Shown: positions 1 through 9,339 of the stretch, piece by piece
Layout of the letters: each line of letters starts with the position of its first letter
Position numbering within the stretch: the first letter of the stretch is position 1
Virus record (IMG/VR): IMGVR_UViG_3300045110_000292
Location: 1-52,583 of that record
From: a virus
Taxonomy: Duplodnaviria > Caudoviricetes
Reading direction: 5' to 3' (one strand)
DNA length: 52,583 bases
Position numbers and translations under genes: made by a program
Notes under the pieces: model-generated
What the model saw: only the letters and a program-made list of their open reading frames with translations
Database searches by the model: none
What the model was told of the DNA's origin: nothing

Positions 1-26
1 CATTCTGATTCTCGACATTCTGATTC
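1..26. repeat. Terminal direct repeat (left copy), probable circular-assembly overlap
   Basis: cattctgattctcgacattctgattc at 1-26 is identical to 52558-52583; a CDS reads in frame through the junction. Confidence 0.95.
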
Positions 27-622
27 AGACGAGCCTCCGACGAAACACTCATCGGCTCTGCAATCGCATCAGCATCGTAAAAATACTTCCGCGATTTACT
101 GAACAAGAACAGGTATTCGTGACTGCGTGTCGGCCGGTCAGTCACGCTCTCAGGCATACAATTCGGCTTGGCCCAAATGATGTCGGATCTCAGATACCAA
201 CCCACCTCACGCAAAGCAAACGCGACCATCCACGGAATACCGATCAGGTCTTTCTCTTTCAGATTCGTGCCCAACCGTGGCGGCCGTGCCTCGCGCTTCC
301 CGTTCGGCAATGACCCTTCGCCCACGACATTGCGACGTGAGCACGGCCATGCACTTGCGTACCTGTCACCGAGATTAAGCCAGAGAGTGCCGTCTTTCTT
401 GAGAACACGCCATATTTCATTGAAAACTCGAACGAGGTTGGCAACGTATTGTTCTGGTGATTTCTCCTGACCGAGTTGATCGGGATGTTTGTAGTCACGA
501 AGCCCCCAGTATGCGGGACTAGTCACGCAGCATTGAACCGACTCCTTCGGAATGAACGGCAGTGCCGACAAAGCAGATGCGCAGTAAACGGTTCGGAGGG
601 ACGATTGAATGACGGGGACCAC
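1..622 (-). CDS. DNA N4-cytosine/N6-adenine methyltransferase (beta class), N-terminal part; continues across the junction to 52127
   Basis: Absent from the ORF track; manual translation gives SVQCCVTSPAYWGLRDY...VLKKDGTLWLNLGD...GWYLRSDIIWAKPNCMPESVTDRPTRSHEYLFLFSK. Probable GTG at 622; 622+431 nt = 351 codons after trimming the 26-bp overlap. Confidence 0.9.
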   Translation of the reverse strand, partial: MVPVIQSSLRTVYCASALSALPFIPKESVQCCVTSPAYWGLRDYKHPDQLGQEKSPEQYVANLVRVFNEIWRVLKKDGTLWLNLGDRYASAWPCSRRNVVGEGSLPNGKREARPPRLGTNLKEKDLIGIPWMVAFALREVGWYLRSDIIWAKPNCMPESVTDRPTRSHEYLFLFSKSRKYFYDADAIAEPMSVSSEARLNQNVENQN

Positions 623-624
623 AA

Positions 625-840
625 CTACGTTCCGTTGTCCACGGCTTCCAGGCGGGTGATGATCGATGAGATTCGCTGCCTGGAACCACCGCAGGTGCTC
701 GACATTCGATCCGCTTCTTTGGGTGCGTCGATCTGGATGGCGAGAATGTCGTTCCTCTGAACGATGGCATCACCGTGTGGAATTTCGCGGCCCCCTGATG
801 TGTGAGGCAATGAATCAAACCATTCGCTCGCACTTTTCAT
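625..840 (-). CDS. Hypothetical protein
   Basis: 71 aa; ATGA overlap with the upstream HTH gene and abuts the MTase start. Confidence 0.6.
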   Translation of the reverse strand: MKSASEWFDSLPHTSGGREIPHGDAIVQRNDILAIQIDAPKEADRMSSTCGGSRQRISSIITRLEAVDNGT

Positions 841-1079
841 TTCGTGACTTCCCCCAACGCCTTCTGATCTTTGTCCGGGTTGTGCTCGCCCAATATCCAG
901 GCAATCAACGCCGAGAAAGCGTGCTCCTGAACAGGTCGGCCTTCCTCAAATCGCCAGATCAAATTGTGATCGAGTCCGGTGAGTACCGCGAGTTCACGGT
1001 AGGACAGGCCGTGCTTCTCACGGTAGAGCTTGAGCATCTCACGGAAACGAGTCGGCGGAGTTTTGGTTTTGTCAGACAT
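837..1079 (-). CDS. XRE-family helix-turn-helix regulator
   Basis: LKLYREKHGLSYRELAVLTGLDHNLIWRFEEGR is an HTH_3-type pattern; ATG at 1079; next to a divergent intergenic region. Confidence 0.85.
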   Translation of the reverse strand: MSDKTKTPPTRFREMLKLYREKHGLSYRELAVLTGLDHNLIWRFEEGRPVQEHAFSALIAWILGEHNPDKDQKALGEVTK

Positions 1080-1184
1080 GAAAATCAAACGAACCGACAG
1101 GGAAGCATTCCTCCTTTAACGGAACCCAATGTCCATAAACACTCTGTTTCATTAGCACAAGAAAAGGTGTTCGCTCTGCCGGTT

Positions 1185-1224
1185 CATCTGTCTCACTCAT
1201 ACAACATTGTTCTTGTCAGGTCAA
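1185..1224 (-). promoter_or_regulatory. Sigma70-like promoter with an adjacent GTGAGACAG motif
   Basis: Minus strand TTGACC-N17-TATGAG, running directly into GTGAGACAGATG. Confidence 0.5.
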
Positions 1225-1250
1225 TAGCGGAGTGATACGATCTGTTCACC

Positions 1251-1589
1251 ATGAAACGCAGATGGAATGAGGAATCCGAAATCATCGCCGCCATCGACCA
1301 CAATCACGAAGCGGGTATCGCCAAGCTGAAAGAGGCGGAGGAATGCGAACAGGAGATCGAGGAGAACAAGCGGTTCATCGCTGCCAACGAGGATGCAAAG
1401 GACAAGGTGACACGCATGAAGGTGGACATCGCTTACTCGAAGATCGAACCCTTGCGTCGTCAGGTGTTAAAGGCTAGAAAACGGGCGACGACACTCCTCG
1501 AAGTGAAGGCGAAGAAACTGCAAAATCAACTGGCGATATTTCGAACCCGCACGATGGAATTCTGTCCCGACCAAAGTATCCCGGCATGA
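1251..1589 (+). CDS. Hypothetical coiled-coil protein
   Basis: 112 aa, charged and helical; first gene of the rightward operon. Confidence 0.7.
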   Translation: MKRRWNEESEIIAAIDHNHEAGIAKLKEAEECEQEIEENKRFIAANEDAKDKVTRMKVDIAYSKIEPLRRQVLKARKRATTLLEVKAKKLQNQLAIFRTRTMEFCPDQSIPA

Positions 1590-1801
1590 AAACCCTGGTG
1601 ATTGGTAACGTCACCGGGTACGTCACAGCCTCTCGAGTCGAATTCTCCACTCGCGCCGGATCGGTGATGAGCATGACCCGCAACGAAGCCATCATGGTAG
1701 CGAAGTGGGTATTGGAGAACGTCGAACCGGAGAAGAAGGAACCGCCCCGCCAAGAGATCACGTTGGAGGAAGCTGCAAAGACCGATTCGCTCCGAAGATG
1801 A
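1586..1801 (+). CDS. Hypothetical protein
   Basis: ATGA overlaps at both ends. Confidence 0.65.
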   Translation: MKTLVIGNVTGYVTASRVEFSTRAGSVMSMTRNEAIMVAKWVLENVEPEKKEPPRQEITLEEAAKTDSLRR

Positions 1802-2307
1802 GCACGAAGGCAGGAAAGCCACACAGAAAGGGTCCGGTCACAAAAGACTGGATTCTGGGAGTTGTGAATATCGACAGTCAGTCCGGGTGCTGGAATTGGA
1901 AACTCGCAGTCAATAGGCAGGGATACGGGACAATCACCGAGAACAAAACAAAGCAACTCGCAACGCGGGTTGTGTATCGAGTCTGGTTTGGTGAATTTGA
2001 TCGAACGCTTTTGGTCTGCCACAAATGCGATAACGAACAGTGCGTCAATCCCGATCATCTGTTTCTCGGAACGCACCAAGACAACATGTCGGACATGGTT
2101 TCGAAGGGCAGGGCATCGCGCGACAACGGTCATCCGGGGGAAACCAACGGAAATGCAAAGCTGACACTCACCCAGGTAGATGACATCCGAGTTCTGAAAG
2201 TTCTTGGCGTATCCCTGAGAAGATTAGCAAAGGAGCTTGGTGTTGCAAAAAGGACCATCCAGAGAATTGTGAGAAACAACACTTGGACAAAATATGCCGA
2301 GACTTAA
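1798..2307 (+). CDS. HNH endonuclease with C-terminal HTH
   Basis: CWNW...GYG...VCHKCDNEQCVNPDHLFLGTHQDNMSDM, then GETNGNAKLT and an HTH; ATG at 1798 overlaps the previous stop. Confidence 0.9.
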   Translation: MSTKAGKPHRKGPVTKDWILGVVNIDSQSGCWNWKLAVNRQGYGTITENKTKQLATRVVYRVWFGEFDRTLLVCHKCDNEQCVNPDHLFLGTHQDNMSDMVSKGRASRDNGHPGETNGNAKLTLTQVDDIRVLKVLGVSLRRLAKELGVAKRTIQRIVRNNTWTKYAET

Positions 2308-3043
2308 ATCACGACAGAAATACATCCCGAACGGGTTCGTCTTTTACCAGCCTCAAACGAAGTGGAGCGCGCCGTCCAACGCTTCATTCGATGTCATCGT
2401 GTCGGCCGTGATCTCCCATCGCCAGGGGCAGCCTCACATCGTTTCACAATTCGGACTGTCCACCGATTACGCGACCGTTGCTGAGGAAGTCGATGCGTTC
2501 AACGCCACGATCTGTCAGAGGATGGGGTGGACTGACTTTTACGTGGAAGGGGGTTCTAGTGCTGTGGCCCTCCCTTTTCAGCAAGCAGCACTCCCGCCAA
2601 TGCCGCCGATCGACCAAAACAAGCTGGCTGTTGCGGCAGCAAAGGTTAAGAAGATTTGGATTGGCATAAAGACGCTCAAAGAATGGGCGGAGTCCGGCGC
2701 GCCTGCCGTGCCCGCCGAACTGTCGGCCAAACGCGCGGCTGTCTGCGCGACATGCCCGAAGAACGGTCAGGGGGATTTCACGAGTTGGTTTACCCGACCG
2801 GCATCCGAGGGGATAATGAAAATGATCGACCTCGTGAAGTCTCGCAACCTCACGACCCCCGACGATGACAAGCTGAATATCTGTGAGACATGCCTGTGTC
2901 CGATGAAGGCGAAGGTCCATCCAACAATCGAGATCATCAATAGCTGGATGGGAGACGTTGACCGAGCAGAACTGTCTGCCGTCCAAAATCCGAGCGGTGG
3001 CTGCTGGATCGTCAAAGAGATTTGGCCGGAGCGTTACCCTTGA
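2294..3043 (+). CDS. Hypothetical protein with putative Zn-binding Cys motifs
   Basis: 249 aa; CATC, CETCLC and a C-terminal GCW. Confidence 0.75.
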   Translation: MPRLKSRQKYIPNGFVFYQPQTKWSAPSNASFDVIVSAVISHRQGQPHIVSQFGLSTDYATVAEEVDAFNATICQRMGWTDFYVEGGSSAVALPFQQAALPPMPPIDQNKLAVAAAKVKKIWIGIKTLKEWAESGAPAVPAELSAKRAAVCATCPKNGQGDFTSWFTRPASEGIMKMIDLVKSRNLTTPDDDKLNICETCLCPMKAKVHPTIEIINSWMGDVDRAELSAVQNPSGGCWIVKEIWPERYP

Positions 3044-3729
3044 GAGTTGCTGTCGTTTACGTTTACCCGTTGGGCGGCGCCGGAAAGTTCTACGAACGAG
3101 CCATCCGTTTCCTTCAAACTTATCACGACAACCCACCACAGTACGATCACGACTCGGTGATAGTCTGCAACGGAAGTCCGGCGACTGAGGAGATCCAATT
3201 CCTTTTTTCGTCACTTCCGAATTGCCGATTCCTTGAACGTGACAACAGCGGGTGGGACATCGGCGCCTTTCAACTCGCCGCACAACAAGCCCCGGCCGAC
3301 ATGATGGTTTATTTTGGGAGCGAAACGTACTTCCGGCGAGCCGGTTGGCTGGCTCGCATGGTCGAAGTGTTTTCCAAATATGGTTCCGATCATCTCTACG
3401 GCTGTACCGGCAACCAGGGCGATGCGCGGTTCAATGTCTGGCCGCATGTTCGGACGACGGCATTCTTTTGCACCCCGCATTTGATTAACGCTCATCCGAT
3501 GCGCGTCACCGGGACTGGCGAGCACCAGCGATACGCTTACGAACACGGCCCTGACGGTCTGACGTCCTGGGTGTTGAATCAGAATCGTCGGGCGTGGATC
3601 ATCTCATGGGACTCGGTTTGGCCGCTCCATCAGTGCGATCAGATGCCGGGAGGATTTCACCACGGCAATCAAGAGGGGCTAATCGTTGGCGATCGTCTTA
3701 CCTGCCCGCCCTACTATCACTGCGAATGA
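3022..3729 (+). CDS. Putative glycosyltransferase-like protein (RgpF-like motif)
   Basis: RDNSGWDIGAF resembles the NxGxDIG motif of rhamnan-synthesis RgpF-like proteins; sits in the glycan cluster; start uncertain. Confidence 0.55.
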   Translation: MAGALPLRVAVVYVYPLGGAGKFYERAIRFLQTYHDNPPQYDHDSVIVCNGSPATEEIQFLFSSLPNCRFLERDNSGWDIGAFQLAAQQAPADMMVYFGSETYFRRAGWLARMVEVFSKYGSDHLYGCTGNQGDARFNVWPHVRTTAFFCTPHLINAHPMRVTGTGEHQRYAYEHGPDGLTSWVLNQNRRAWIISWDSVWPLHQCDQMPGGFHHGNQEGLIVGDRLTCPPYYHCE

Positions 3730-4406
3730 CGCCGATCATTCTGTTTTACCATACCTTGTTCTTCATGGGTGAGAGTCAGAACGTGCTCAACCTGGAAATT
3801 ATCATGGAACAGATGGATGTGCTCAGACGCAGCGGACTCGAAGATGCGGCGACTGAAATCCACATCGGAGTCAACGGCGGAGAGGAAAGCCGGTTCTTTG
3901 CCGAGTCGTTGTTGCCGTCGAAGGCGCGCGTTGTTTACCACGGACTGCAGTGCCGGTCGGAGAACCGAACTTTGGTGATGATGGAGGATTGGTGCAGGTC
4001 CAACACCAATCAGGCTCATCTATTGTATTTCCACAGCAAGGGCATCACTCACGCTCCCGGCAGCGACTACGGTGAACGGATCTCCCGGCCGTGGAGAAAT
4101 CGCATGATGGAGACGTGCGTTCACCATTGGCGACAATGCGTCAAGGATTTGGAAGGCTACGATGCTGCTGGCGCTCACTGGTTGACCGGGCAGGGATGGG
4201 ATCGGTCACAGCATTATTTTGCCGGGACATTCTTTTGGGTGCGAGCTTCGTTCTTTAGAACGATTCCAAGTCTGACGACCCGGCAGCGGATCAAAGATTC
4301 AGGACTCGACTCCCTCGAAAGTCGATACGAAGCCGAAGTGCATTTAGGAAATGGACCAAGACTCCCGATTGTAAAAAACTACTATGCAGGTTCGATTGGA
4401 ACATAG
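3726..4406 (+). CDS. Putative glycosyltransferase-like protein (LYxHxKG type)
   Basis: LLYFHSKG, WRNRM and YFAGTFFWVRASF resemble RgpF C-terminal motifs; ATG at 3726 overlaps the upstream stop. Confidence 0.55.
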   Translation: MTPIILFYHTLFFMGESQNVLNLEIIMEQMDVLRRSGLEDAATEIHIGVNGGEESRFFAESLLPSKARVVYHGLQCRSENRTLVMMEDWCRSNTNQAHLLYFHSKGITHAPGSDYGERISRPWRNRMMETCVHHWRQCVKDLEGYDAAGAHWLTGQGWDRSQHYFAGTFFWVRASFFRTIPSLTTRQRIKDSGLDSLESRYEAEVHLGNGPRLPIVKNYYAGSIGT

Positions 4407-4932
4407 CGAATTGGAGACATGGCTCCCGGTTTCGGGCTTTGAAGGTAGATACGAAGTGAGTTCACACGGGAGAATCATGGCACTGTTCCCAAGCAACGGA
4501 GGAGAGTTGAAGCCGGGGAGAATTCTATCACAGATCCAAACCCCAAACGGATACCTCAAAGTCGGACTTTACAAACACGGAGGGAATAAATCTGTTCAGA
4601 AAAGCGTGCACTCGATTGTGCTCGAGTCGTTCAAAGGTCCAAGAACCGGAAAGCAGGTGTGCAGACACTTGGACGGTATAAGGACTCACAACACCCCCAA
4701 AAACCTTGAGTGGGGAACGGGCAAGCAAAACGCTCAGGATTCGAAGGGGCACGGCACCTTTGTTATTGGCGAGAAGAACGGGTTCTCGGTCTTGACCAAG
4801 GACGATGTTGTTAAAATAAGAAACATGAGGGAAGAAGGAGAAACTCTAAAATCCATAGGTTTAAAATTCAACACCCATCTGAGTAACGTGTCATTGATAT
4901 GTAGGGGAAAAGCGTGGAATCATGTGACATGA
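4384..4932 (+). CDS. NUMOD4-HNH endonuclease
   Basis: ETWLPVSGFEGRYEVSSHGRI (NUMOD4); VHSIVLESFKG...CRHLDGIRTHNTPKNLEWGT (HNH). Confidence 0.9.
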   Translation: MQVRLEHSELETWLPVSGFEGRYEVSSHGRIMALFPSNGGELKPGRILSQIQTPNGYLKVGLYKHGGNKSVQKSVHSIVLESFKGPRTGKQVCRHLDGIRTHNTPKNLEWGTGKQNAQDSKGHGTFVIGEKNGFSVLTKDDVVKIRNMREEGETLKSIGLKFNTHLSNVSLICRGKAWNHVT

Positions 4933-6011
4933 GTCCCGAACTCCAATCAGCGTACGACGAAGCAGCCAAACCGTTCTGGCAAAGCGGTGGAGCAATCTCG
5001 ATCGAGGAGAGCCAGATGAAGTCATGGCGGTATTTCCTCGAGATCAATTCCGCCTGCACCCTCAAATGCCCGACCTGCACGAAGGGCAATCAGGGTGAGG
5101 TCAACGGACTCAAATACGATCACAAGACAGGCATCATGGACCGTGAGTTGATGGAGCGCATCATCGACAAAATCGCGTCGGAGAACCCGAAGTGCATTGT
5201 CTTTCTCTATGGCAATTCCGAGCCGTTCGTTCACCCGAAACTACCTGAGTGCATTGCGGCCGTGAAGTCCCGCGGGTTGCGTTGTGAGTTCTCGACGAAC
5301 CTCAATCACGTCCATCGACTCGATGAAACGCTCGAAGCCGGTCCCGACATGATAATCATTTCACTCTCAGGCTTCACCCAGGACATTTACGTCCGAGGTC
5401 ATGCAGGCGGCAATATCGAGAAGGTGAAGGCGAACATGAGGTTGATTGCCGAAGCGAACGCGAAGATCGGCCAACGCATTCGGATTGAAGTGAATTACCA
5501 CCGCTACAACGACAACGAACACGAGTTGCCGTTGATGGGGGAGTATTGCCGCAACCTCGGACTCGGATTCTTTACGTCTTACGCTCGCGCGATCTCGATG
5601 GAGAACGCGATTCAGTATTGCCGTGAGCATGATCCGGCCAGCACGGAGTTCGAACGCCAGAAGGGAAAACCTGATTGGAATGTCCTGCTGCCTCCGACTT
5701 CCGAGCAGTGGAAATACACGATGAACAGGTTGAAGATCCCACCAACCGAAGCGCGCGAAATGTATGAGCACCACCCGGTTGCCGAGCATTGCCCGGTTGG
5801 GGCCGGGGGAATGTTCACATTCATCAGGCACGACGGAAAGACCTCGATGTGCGCGTGCGTGGCTGACAGGCGGATAACCGTTGGTGATTATCTCGACACC
5901 ACGCCGGATCAGATGATCGAACAGCGAACAGGTCACGCGATTTGCAAGCAGTGCATGAAGTATCGAACGAACTTTTACTTTCACTTGGTTGATCGGGAGA
6001 AGTGGGAATGA
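4929..6011 (+). CDS. Radical SAM protein with C-terminal SPASM/twitch-like domain
   Basis: CTLKCPTC (CxxxCxxC), YGNSEPFVHP, STN; C-terminal C...DGKTSMCAC...CKQC. Confidence 0.9.
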   Translation: MSPELQSAYDEAAKPFWQSGGAISIEESQMKSWRYFLEINSACTLKCPTCTKGNQGEVNGLKYDHKTGIMDRELMERIIDKIASENPKCIVFLYGNSEPFVHPKLPECIAAVKSRGLRCEFSTNLNHVHRLDETLEAGPDMIIISLSGFTQDIYVRGHAGGNIEKVKANMRLIAEANAKIGQRIRIEVNYHRYNDNEHELPLMGEYCRNLGLGFFTSYARAISMENAIQYCREHDPASTEFERQKGKPDWNVLLPPTSEQWKYTMNRLKIPPTEAREMYEHHPVAEHCPVGAGGMFTFIRHDGKTSMCACVADRRITVGDYLDTTPDQMIEQRTGHAICKQCMKYRTNFYFHLVDREKWE

Positions 6012-6139
6012 CTTGGGCTGACAATGATTTGAGATGCAAGATCGGTTACTGCGTGTGGATTCTTTATTTCCGCCTGTGGGACAAAACTCCGTACAGCAGA
6101 AAAGAATGGAAGGCTGAGTTGAGGAGATTAAAACAATGA
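6008..6139 (+). CDS. Small hypothetical protein (43 aa)
   Basis: MTWADNDLRCKIGYCVWILYFRLWDK...; ATGA overlaps at both ends; below the ORF-track cutoff. Confidence 0.55.
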   Translation: MTWADNDLRCKIGYCVWILYFRLWDKTPYSRKEWKAELRRLKQ

Positions 6140-6744
6140 AAACTCTCGACGAAATCGGCATCGAACAACAGACCGACAAGGCAAGCCAGTTCAGCCGTAC
6201 GTATGCCAAGCCTCACAACTACCTGACGCACCTTGCAAAGTTCTTCGACCCGATACGCGAGAAGTCGATTCGCTTCGTCGAGATCGGGGTTGGAGGCGGC
6301 GAGAGCATTCGGACTTGGATTGAGTTCTTCCCGAACGCCGAGGTCATCGGTGTCGATAATGTTCAGGCAACAAATCCGTGGAACACTGTGGGAAGTGGCG
6401 TCCACGAACGCTACCGATTCGTCTATGGCGATCAGTCTGACAAAACATTTTGGGCCTGCTTCGTTGCGGATTACGGATCGGAGTTCGACGTGTTAATCGA
6501 CGATGGAGGTCACCACTCGCATCAGGTGATGACTACATTGAATTGCATGTGGTGCCATGTTGCAAGCGGTGGGCTGTACATCATGGAAGATTTAGCGTGC
6601 TCGTATTCACCGATTTTTATGACGGCAGGATGGCCGACGCCGATGGATAGGCTTCGCGATGAGATCGACTCAATGAACAGGGGCCAAGACGAGATCGACT
6701 CGATGTATTTTGCCAGGGAAATTTGCATCATCAGGAAAAGGTGA
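6136..6744 (+). CDS. Class I SAM-dependent methyltransferase, sugar O-methyltransferase-like
   Basis: TDK..HNY, FVEIGVGGGESI, GDQSD, FDVLIDDGGH and GGLYIMEDL motifs, as in MycE/TylE-like enzymes. Confidence 0.85.
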   Translation: MKTLDEIGIEQQTDKASQFSRTYAKPHNYLTHLAKFFDPIREKSIRFVEIGVGGGESIRTWIEFFPNAEVIGVDNVQATNPWNTVGSGVHERYRFVYGDQSDKTFWACFVADYGSEFDVLIDDGGHHSHQVMTTLNCMWCHVASGGLYIMEDLACSYSPIFMTAGWPTPMDRLRDEIDSMNRGQDEIDSMYFAREICIIRKR

Positions 6745-7016
6745 GTTCTCCTCGAAATCCAAATCGAGTTGTGAGGCTCGGTGATAAACCAGTTCACGAA
6801 CGAACCGACCCGGATTATTACGAAAAGAAGTTAGCGAAAATGGCTATTGATTATCGCGATTGTCCCGATGAGTGGAAAGGCGTGTTCATTGCTGGAATTG
6901 ACACTAAAGACCTGAAAGAACTCCAAGATCGAGGATTTCTTCCAAAAGGTGATGCGAGAATCCCCGCATCACAAAAACCTAATTCGAAATTCTGGCATAC
7001 GTCTGACTTTCGATGA
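6741..7016 (+). CDS. Hypothetical protein
   Basis: GTG start overlaps the upstream stop; ATGA overlap downstream. Confidence 0.55.
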   Translation: MSSPRNPNRVVRLGDKPVHERTDPDYYEKKLAKMAIDYRDCPDEWKGVFIAGIDTKDLKELQDRGFLPKGDARIPASQKPNSKFWHTSDFR

Positions 7017-8653
7017 ACGGCTTCCAGCGTGTACAACTTCAAGATGGGGGAGGCAACGAACTTCCGAAGGACCGTGTGTCAGTCCGACGTATTGCCGCCA
7101 TTGGTGATTGCGTAGCCGCGTCAGTCGTGGCCGACAAGCTGTTCGAACAGCAGATCCCGGTCGATTGGCAGTGCCATGGGATGATCGTTCCAGTGATGAA
7201 GCGCATCGGGTCGATCAGCAGTGTCAACACTCCGAACTTCCATGCCGATGTCGTGCTCGATGGAGTTTACGAAAAGGACTCAGAGCGAAAGACGCGGCAT
7301 TTCCACGATTATTTTATTCGATCGGCCAACGCTCAACTCAAGAGCCGCGGCATCGACATCGGGCGACCGATCAACTGCCGACCAGCCTTAAACGTCACCG
7401 ACGGAGAGAAACAATTGTTTCTATCGAAGATCGTCCAATATCCGAAACCTTGGGTGATGATCTGCCCACGCAGCCAGTGGTTTAGATGCCGAGACGTTCC
7501 AGATTACGTGTGGGAACGGGAGGCACCAAAGATCAACGGCACCTGCTTTTGGATGGGCATGAACCAGGAACCCAAAGGGATCGTCGGACTTCGTTGCAGC
7601 AACATTGAGGAGGTCTTGATGTATTGTGCTGTCGCTGACTTGGTGATCTCGCCTGACACTGGACCGGCGCATTTGGCGATCGCTGTCGGCACCCAGGCAT
7701 TGCTCGTCGGCCAATCGTCGGACCCAATATTACACTTCTCCGACCTGTGCGATTTCGAAGTCATCTATGCGAACGTGCCTTGTAGGAATTGCCAGGAAAA
7801 CAGGTGCCCGATAAATCAGTTCACGCCTCCGTGTTGTGAGATCGAGCCTGACAGGATTGCCCTGGCGGCGAACAGGAAGCTGAGGCGAAACATCGTGTCG
7901 TGCGTTGTGCCGACCTTCGCGGCAACAACGGAAAGACTCTCAAGGTGCATTGCGGCAGTGCTCCCCCAAGTGGATGAAATCGTGGTCGGTGCAGATGCCG
8001 GAGGGATATTTCCGAAAGGAGCGCCGATCCACACCAAAATAAAATACGTCCAGAGCTGTAAAACCAACCAAGGTTTCGGGAAAAATATTAACCACGCTTT
8101 GAGACACACGTCAGGAGATCTAATATTGCTTCTCAACGATGACGTATTTTTAGACCCAGGAGCAGTGCGGGCCATGTGTAAAGTGATGGACGAGAATCCA
8201 AGGGTGGGAATGGTGTCCCATTTATTGCGCTACGAAAGTGGGAAAATTTATTTTGCTGGTCGGCAGAGGCACAACGGGGAACGGGGGTTCCCGCACATCG
8301 ACCACAATCAATTCCTCCCAACATTCAACCAAGTTGTTGAGCAGGAGGCGGCAAGCGCAACGTCACTTCTGGTTAGTCGAGAGGCGTTCTACAAAGCTCG
8401 ATGTTTCACTGAGGAGATTCACATGTATGCCGAAGATGATTTTTTGTCGATGTCTGTTCGCAAGGCCGGATACAGAATCCTGTACACGCCCCATGCAGCG
8501 GGCGTTCACATCGGGAACGCGACAACGGGGCCAACTGGAAAAATGCACGAGTGGATTGCTCAGTCAGGCAAGATAATGGAACGGTACTGGGGTCCGTATT
8601 TTGACCACAATCGGAACCGACTTCCTCTTGGCAACTTCGACTATTTAAGGTAA
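7013..8653 (+). CDS. Fused glycosyltransferase, GT9-like plus GT2-like
   Basis: N-terminal RIAAIGDCV and [18 protein letters not shown] (GT9); Cys cluster CRNC...C...CC; C-terminal [30 protein letters not shown] (GT2). Confidence 0.9.
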   Translation: MNGFQRVQLQDGGGNELPKDRVSVRRIAAIGDCVAASVVADKLFEQQIPVDWQCHGMIVPVMKRIGSISSVNTPNFHADVVLDGVYEKDSERKTRHFHDYFIRSANAQLKSRGIDIGRPINCRPALNVTDGEKQLFLSKIVQYPKPWVMICPRSQWFRCRDVPDYVWEREAPKINGTCFWMGMNQEPKGIVGLRCSNIEEVLMYCAVADLVISPDTGPAHLAIAVGTQALLVGQSSDPILHFSDLCDFEVIYANVPCRNCQENRCPINQFTPPCCEIEPDRIALAANRKLRRNIVSCVVPTFAATTERLSRCIAAVLPQVDEIVVGADAGGIFPKGAPIHTKIKYVQSCKTNQGFGKNINHALRHTSGDLILLLNDDVFLDPGAVRAMCKVMDENPRVGMVSHLLRYESGKIYFAGRQRHNGERGFPHIDHNQFLPTFNQVVEQEAASATSLLVSREAFYKARCFTEEIHMYAEDDFLSMSVRKAGYRILYTPHAAGVHIGNATTGPTGKMHEWIAQSGKIMERYWGPYFDHNRNRLPLGNFDYLR

Positions 8654-8660
8654 AACAATC

Positions 8661-8695
8661 GAACCGAGCGAACGACTGTAATCGTTGCCCGGTTC
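8661..8695 (+). promoter_or_regulatory. Stem-loop upstream of an HNH gene
   Basis: gaaccg/cggttc outer stem with an aacga/tcgtt inner stem. Confidence 0.45.
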
Positions 8696-8724
8696 TGAAC
8701 ACAACGAAAGTATCAGTTTCGAAT

Positions 8725-9294
8725 ATGCCTGCCGGTAAGATTTCACTGGACGGAAGGACCGTTCAAGATTTAACCAACGTAAAATTTGGAAGATTGCTGG
8801 CAGTCAAGCCTGTCGGGTTCAGGCACCGAGGACACATCGCCAAGAGGACCGTGATGTTCTGGGACTGCATTTGTGACTGTGGCAAACGGGTTGAGAAAAG
8901 CGCCGAATGCCTACGTGCCATAGAAACCCAGTCGTGCGGTTGCCTTCTGAGGGAGATGAGGTCCGCTCAAAACACAAAACACGGTCACGCCAGAAGGGGA
9001 AAAACGCATCACCTATACGGAAGGTGGAGGGGCATGATTCAGAGATGCTATGACCCCAATCACAAACAGTTCAACAATTGGGGAGGCCGGGGAATAATTG
9101 TGTGCGAACGGTGGAGAACATCGTTTGCTAATTACCTCGAAGATATGGGTCCATCGTGGGTTAATGGATTGAGCATCGACCGGATTGACAATGACGGTCC
9201 ATACAGTCCGGAAAATTGCCGATGGGCTACCGCATCACAACAAGGACAGAACAAACGTAAATACCGGAAAGAGTTCTTCGCCCATTTCCTTTGA
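8725..9294 (+). CDS. HNH-family endonuclease (CxCDCG/SCGC type)
   Basis: [59 protein letters not shown]. Confidence 0.9.
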   Translation: MPAGKISLDGRTVQDLTNVKFGRLLAVKPVGFRHRGHIAKRTVMFWDCICDCGKRVEKSAECLRAIETQSCGCLLREMRSAQNTKHGHARRGKTHHLYGRWRGMIQRCYDPNHKQFNNWGGRGIIVCERWRTSFANYLEDMGPSWVNGLSIDRIDNDGPYSPENCRWATASQQGQNKRKYRKEFFAHFL

Positions 9295-9339
9295 GCAAAC
9301 GATTATTTGCGTTGACATCCCTGTGGTATAGGTGAGACA

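Noticed and set aside
1-26. Biological terminal repeat or att site
   Set aside because: Falls inside a gene and no integrase was seen; most simply an assembly overlap
2444-6209. Long antisense ORFs such as 2444-3283 and 5367-6209 (also 20563-21330, 41618-42346)
   Set aside because: Shadow frames opposite better-supported genes, expected in GC-rich DNA
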